From positions 18,230,001-18,294,000 of the forward strand of contig NC_086118.1 in NCBI RefSeq assembly GCF_963921235.1: 64,000 bases of DNA, in the 5' to 3' direction. How positions within the stretch are numbered: position 1 is the stretch's first letter; each line of letters starts with the position of its first letter. Below are positions 61,541 to 64,000 of this stretch, piece by piece. Origin of the DNA: Mobula hypostoma (Eukaryota). The notes under the pieces were generated by a model. It did not search any database. It saw nothing but the letters and a program-made list of their open reading frames with translations, and had not been told where the DNA came from. The translations under genes were made by a program, and so were the position numbers.

Positions 61541-62388
61541 TGTGACAAAAGAACCAGTTATCAGAAGGTTGATGCCGATAAGAGGACAATGGGGGAACAT
61601 GCAAGGTGCTAATAAGAGAGAGACGAGAGAGATTACCGAAAGGAGACACGGTTCCGAGTATTGTCAGAGACTGGTGGCTTTGAACCCTGAACTGTTTGAA
61701 GTTTGATGGACAGGTGATACCCCAGCAGGGGGATAAAAAGGGACAGGTTCGTTAAGGCAACAGACACACGACACCACGAGGTAACGAGACCCTGGAAGCG
61801 GTGTGCCCCCACAAGTTGCTGGGAGTTTTGGAGGTCTGATCGCGGGACCAGCCATAGACGCACAGGGTAGAAAGATACGGTCAGGCGGGAACCCGGTGTG
61901 TGTGTCCGCCCTTGCCTGGGTGCTGGGTTCACCGCAGAAGAACGATCGTATCTAGAACGGAGGGGTCACAGTTGGTGACCTCAGAAGACATTACAAAGGG
62001 CTCGCCCGAAAGCTAACTGCGAGGAATATCGAAGGTCTGTGTGGAATCTGTTTTGAATATTCATTCACTTTCGCTCTCTCTCTTCTCCCCGCCCCAACGG
62101 CACAACAGCGATTACTGCGAACTGAACTGAACTAAATTGAACTGAACTTTGCATCACTTGAAACTGATCATTTACCCCTAGACTGCGATAGAGCTTGATT
62201 GATCCTATTATCCTAGTTCTGTGTACGTGTGTGTTTTATCATTGCTAAACTGTTGCATTCATATCCTTTTGATTAGAGTACTGTGTTACTTATTTCTTTA
62301 ATTAAACTTTCTTAGTTCCGGTAATCCAGACTCCAACTAAGTGGTCCATTTCTGCTGGTTTGGCAACCCAGTTACGGGGTACGTAACA
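61541..62388 (+). repeat. LTR type X (3' outer)
   Basis: Near-identical to 54369-55214; PPT gaagggtaggga at 61529-61540. Confidence 0.92.
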
Positions 62389-63073
62389 CTGTCAAGTAGG
62401 GGACCGTGCACAATTCTGATTTGATGGAGACAGACGTGAGAGCACGGAGGAACACCTGGAAAACTTCTGAAATGCCGCTGCTACTGTGTGGTAACCGGAA
62501 TCGCCGGAGCAGAAGGCCCCGAAATCCTCGGCTTTGATTGTTTCAGCGGCCAGGGCCAGGTCGAAGGCACTCGGCAGAGGATGGTGCTCGGGAGGCTGTA
62601 TCGGAGGCTCAAAGTTTTCGGAGGGACGGACTCAGTGTCGGCTGTGGTCGGCTGCTTCCAAGGCATCGGCAAGTCGACGGTGCCTGGAGGTTTATGGCAG
62701 GGAGTTTCTCCCTTTTGCCGCCTGCTATCAGGGATTCGGGAGTCAGTTGACTCGGGGAATTTGAGACTTTTTTTTACCATGCCCATGGTTTGTTCTTCAT
62801 CAAATTATGGTATTGCTTTGCACTGCTGTAACTATATGTTGTAATTACATGGTTCTGTCAGTGTTAGTCTTTGGTTTGTCCTGTTTTCTGTGATATCACT
62901 CCAGAGAAACATTGTATCAGTTCTTAATGCATGTATGCATTTCTAAATGACAATAAAAGAGGACTGAGAGTTCTCATAATCTAATCTAAATTTACAAATA
63001 TACAGAGGCTTTCTCTACAATACACTTTGCCTTTAACTTTCCAACAGAACTATTCACAACCGTCAAATCCAAC

Positions 63074-64000
63074 CTGGGCCGGATTTAGTGGGGCCAGGGC
63101 CCCTGGGCTGGAGGCCCTAATGGGCCCCTGCTGACACCGTAATATGCTGCTGTACCAAGCAAAAAAAGGCAAGAACAAGAGCAAAGGTCGTACTGGTCTA
63201 ATCATCAAAGCTGTGGACTGAGACATTGGTTTAGTACAATACGTAGGCTATAACCTTACAGGCCTTAAGAGGGAGGGCAGAAAGTAATGCAGATTCTTAG
63301 TTTGAAGGACAGCATCTAAAGCACTCTAAAATAGACCTAGGCTTAGTTGGCTTAGTAATTATGAGGGAGATGAAGTATAATCTTTATTTAGCTATTTCTG
63401 CACACACCATAGGCCTTATTTCTCAAACAATGCCAAAGCATTTTTATCTAGGTATTTTTCCTCAACCGTGTGTTCTGAGAATGTAAAATGGAAATGAGAG
63501 ACAAAAAGGCCAAGAGAGACGGCACTATGGCAAACTAGGAAACTTGACAATACTCCAACAATCTTTTTGAAAAATGAGATCTAGCACATACTAACCTATT
63601 GCTGTGCTGTGTGGCTTGCAGAGTAAAGACCACTTATTAGTAGACACACTCTGATTCGAACTGCTTCCGCAGATCTGTATCTATTCTTCCGCTGTCAGAC
63701 GCTAGTGTAACGTAGGTCAGTATTGTTTTCCTGTGGTGTTTGCTATTTTCATGCTCTCCTATGCGCTCAGCGGCATGTTTCCAGTTGCTAAAGCCAGTTT
63801 CGAAGATGGACTGACGGTTACCATCACTGAAGATGCGGCTTGCAAAACAAAACACACAGCCAGTGGAAGGGGAGTATAGCAGCCATTGCCTTGATATGTA
63901 TTCACCATTTATGAGCTAGCGTTTGAAGTGAAATTTGGAGAAAAAACGTCTCTGCTGTTTGTATACTCGTTCTGAAGCTTTGATATCCACATCCTTATTC
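63074..64000 (-). mobile_element. hAT (Tip100/Zaphod-like) deletion derivative with TTF/ZMYM1-like zinc-finger fragment; runs off the window
   Basis: RQWLLYSPSTGCVFCFASRIF...GFSNWKHAAERIGEHENSKHH; terminus ctgggccggattta with gggccc subterminal motifs at 63074-63130. Confidence 0.78.

Larger units (their letters stand above)
54369..62388 (+). mobile_element. Three-LTR chimeric Gmr1-like Gypsy locus (copies B + C)
   Basis: TSD CTGT at 54365-54368 and 62389-62392; matching outer LTRs, different middle LTR; two PBS-gag-protease units; PPT only before the last LTR. Confidence 0.93.
54301..62989 (+). mobile_element. ~670-bp non-coding retroposon split by the LTR chimera (54301-54368 + 62389-62989)
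   Basis: Starts ggagaagatggc; ends aataaa...aatctaatctaa; imperfect flanking duplication tacaaaaatacatagg / tacaaatatacagagg. Confidence 0.6.

Noticed and set aside
63637..63855. Host ZMYM1 gene
   Set aside because: In-frame stop upstream, abrupt truncation and a nearby hAT terminus indicate a transposon remnant.

Overview
Eukaryotic, transposon-dense genomic DNA with no well-supported host gene. The mix of CR1 LINEs with a GDSL-type ORF1, HE1/V-SINE-like tRNA SINEs, Rex1 LINEs and Penelope-like elements (PLEs) suggests a cartilaginous fish, probably a ray; this is inference. Main contents: (1) three copies of a Gmr1-like Gypsy LTR family with a SCAN-like capsid, a tRNA-Pro primer site and 4-bp target-site duplications (TSDs). 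They keep gag-protease but share deletions in pol. Two of them are fused into a 3-LTR chimera (54369-62388). (2) Neptune- and Poseidon-type PLEs whose terminal repeats carry minimal hammerhead-ribozyme motifs, plus short TSD-flanked hairpin insertions made only of that terminal repeat. (3) A PNMA-like-gag Gypsy element, a second Gypsy element inside a deeply nested 12.6-kb CR1 locus, a solo LTR, an L1 ORF1 fragment, hAT and pogo MITEs, and a hAT transposase fragment. All calls come from reading motifs by eye; no searches or alignments were run, and boundaries lacking a TSD are approximate.
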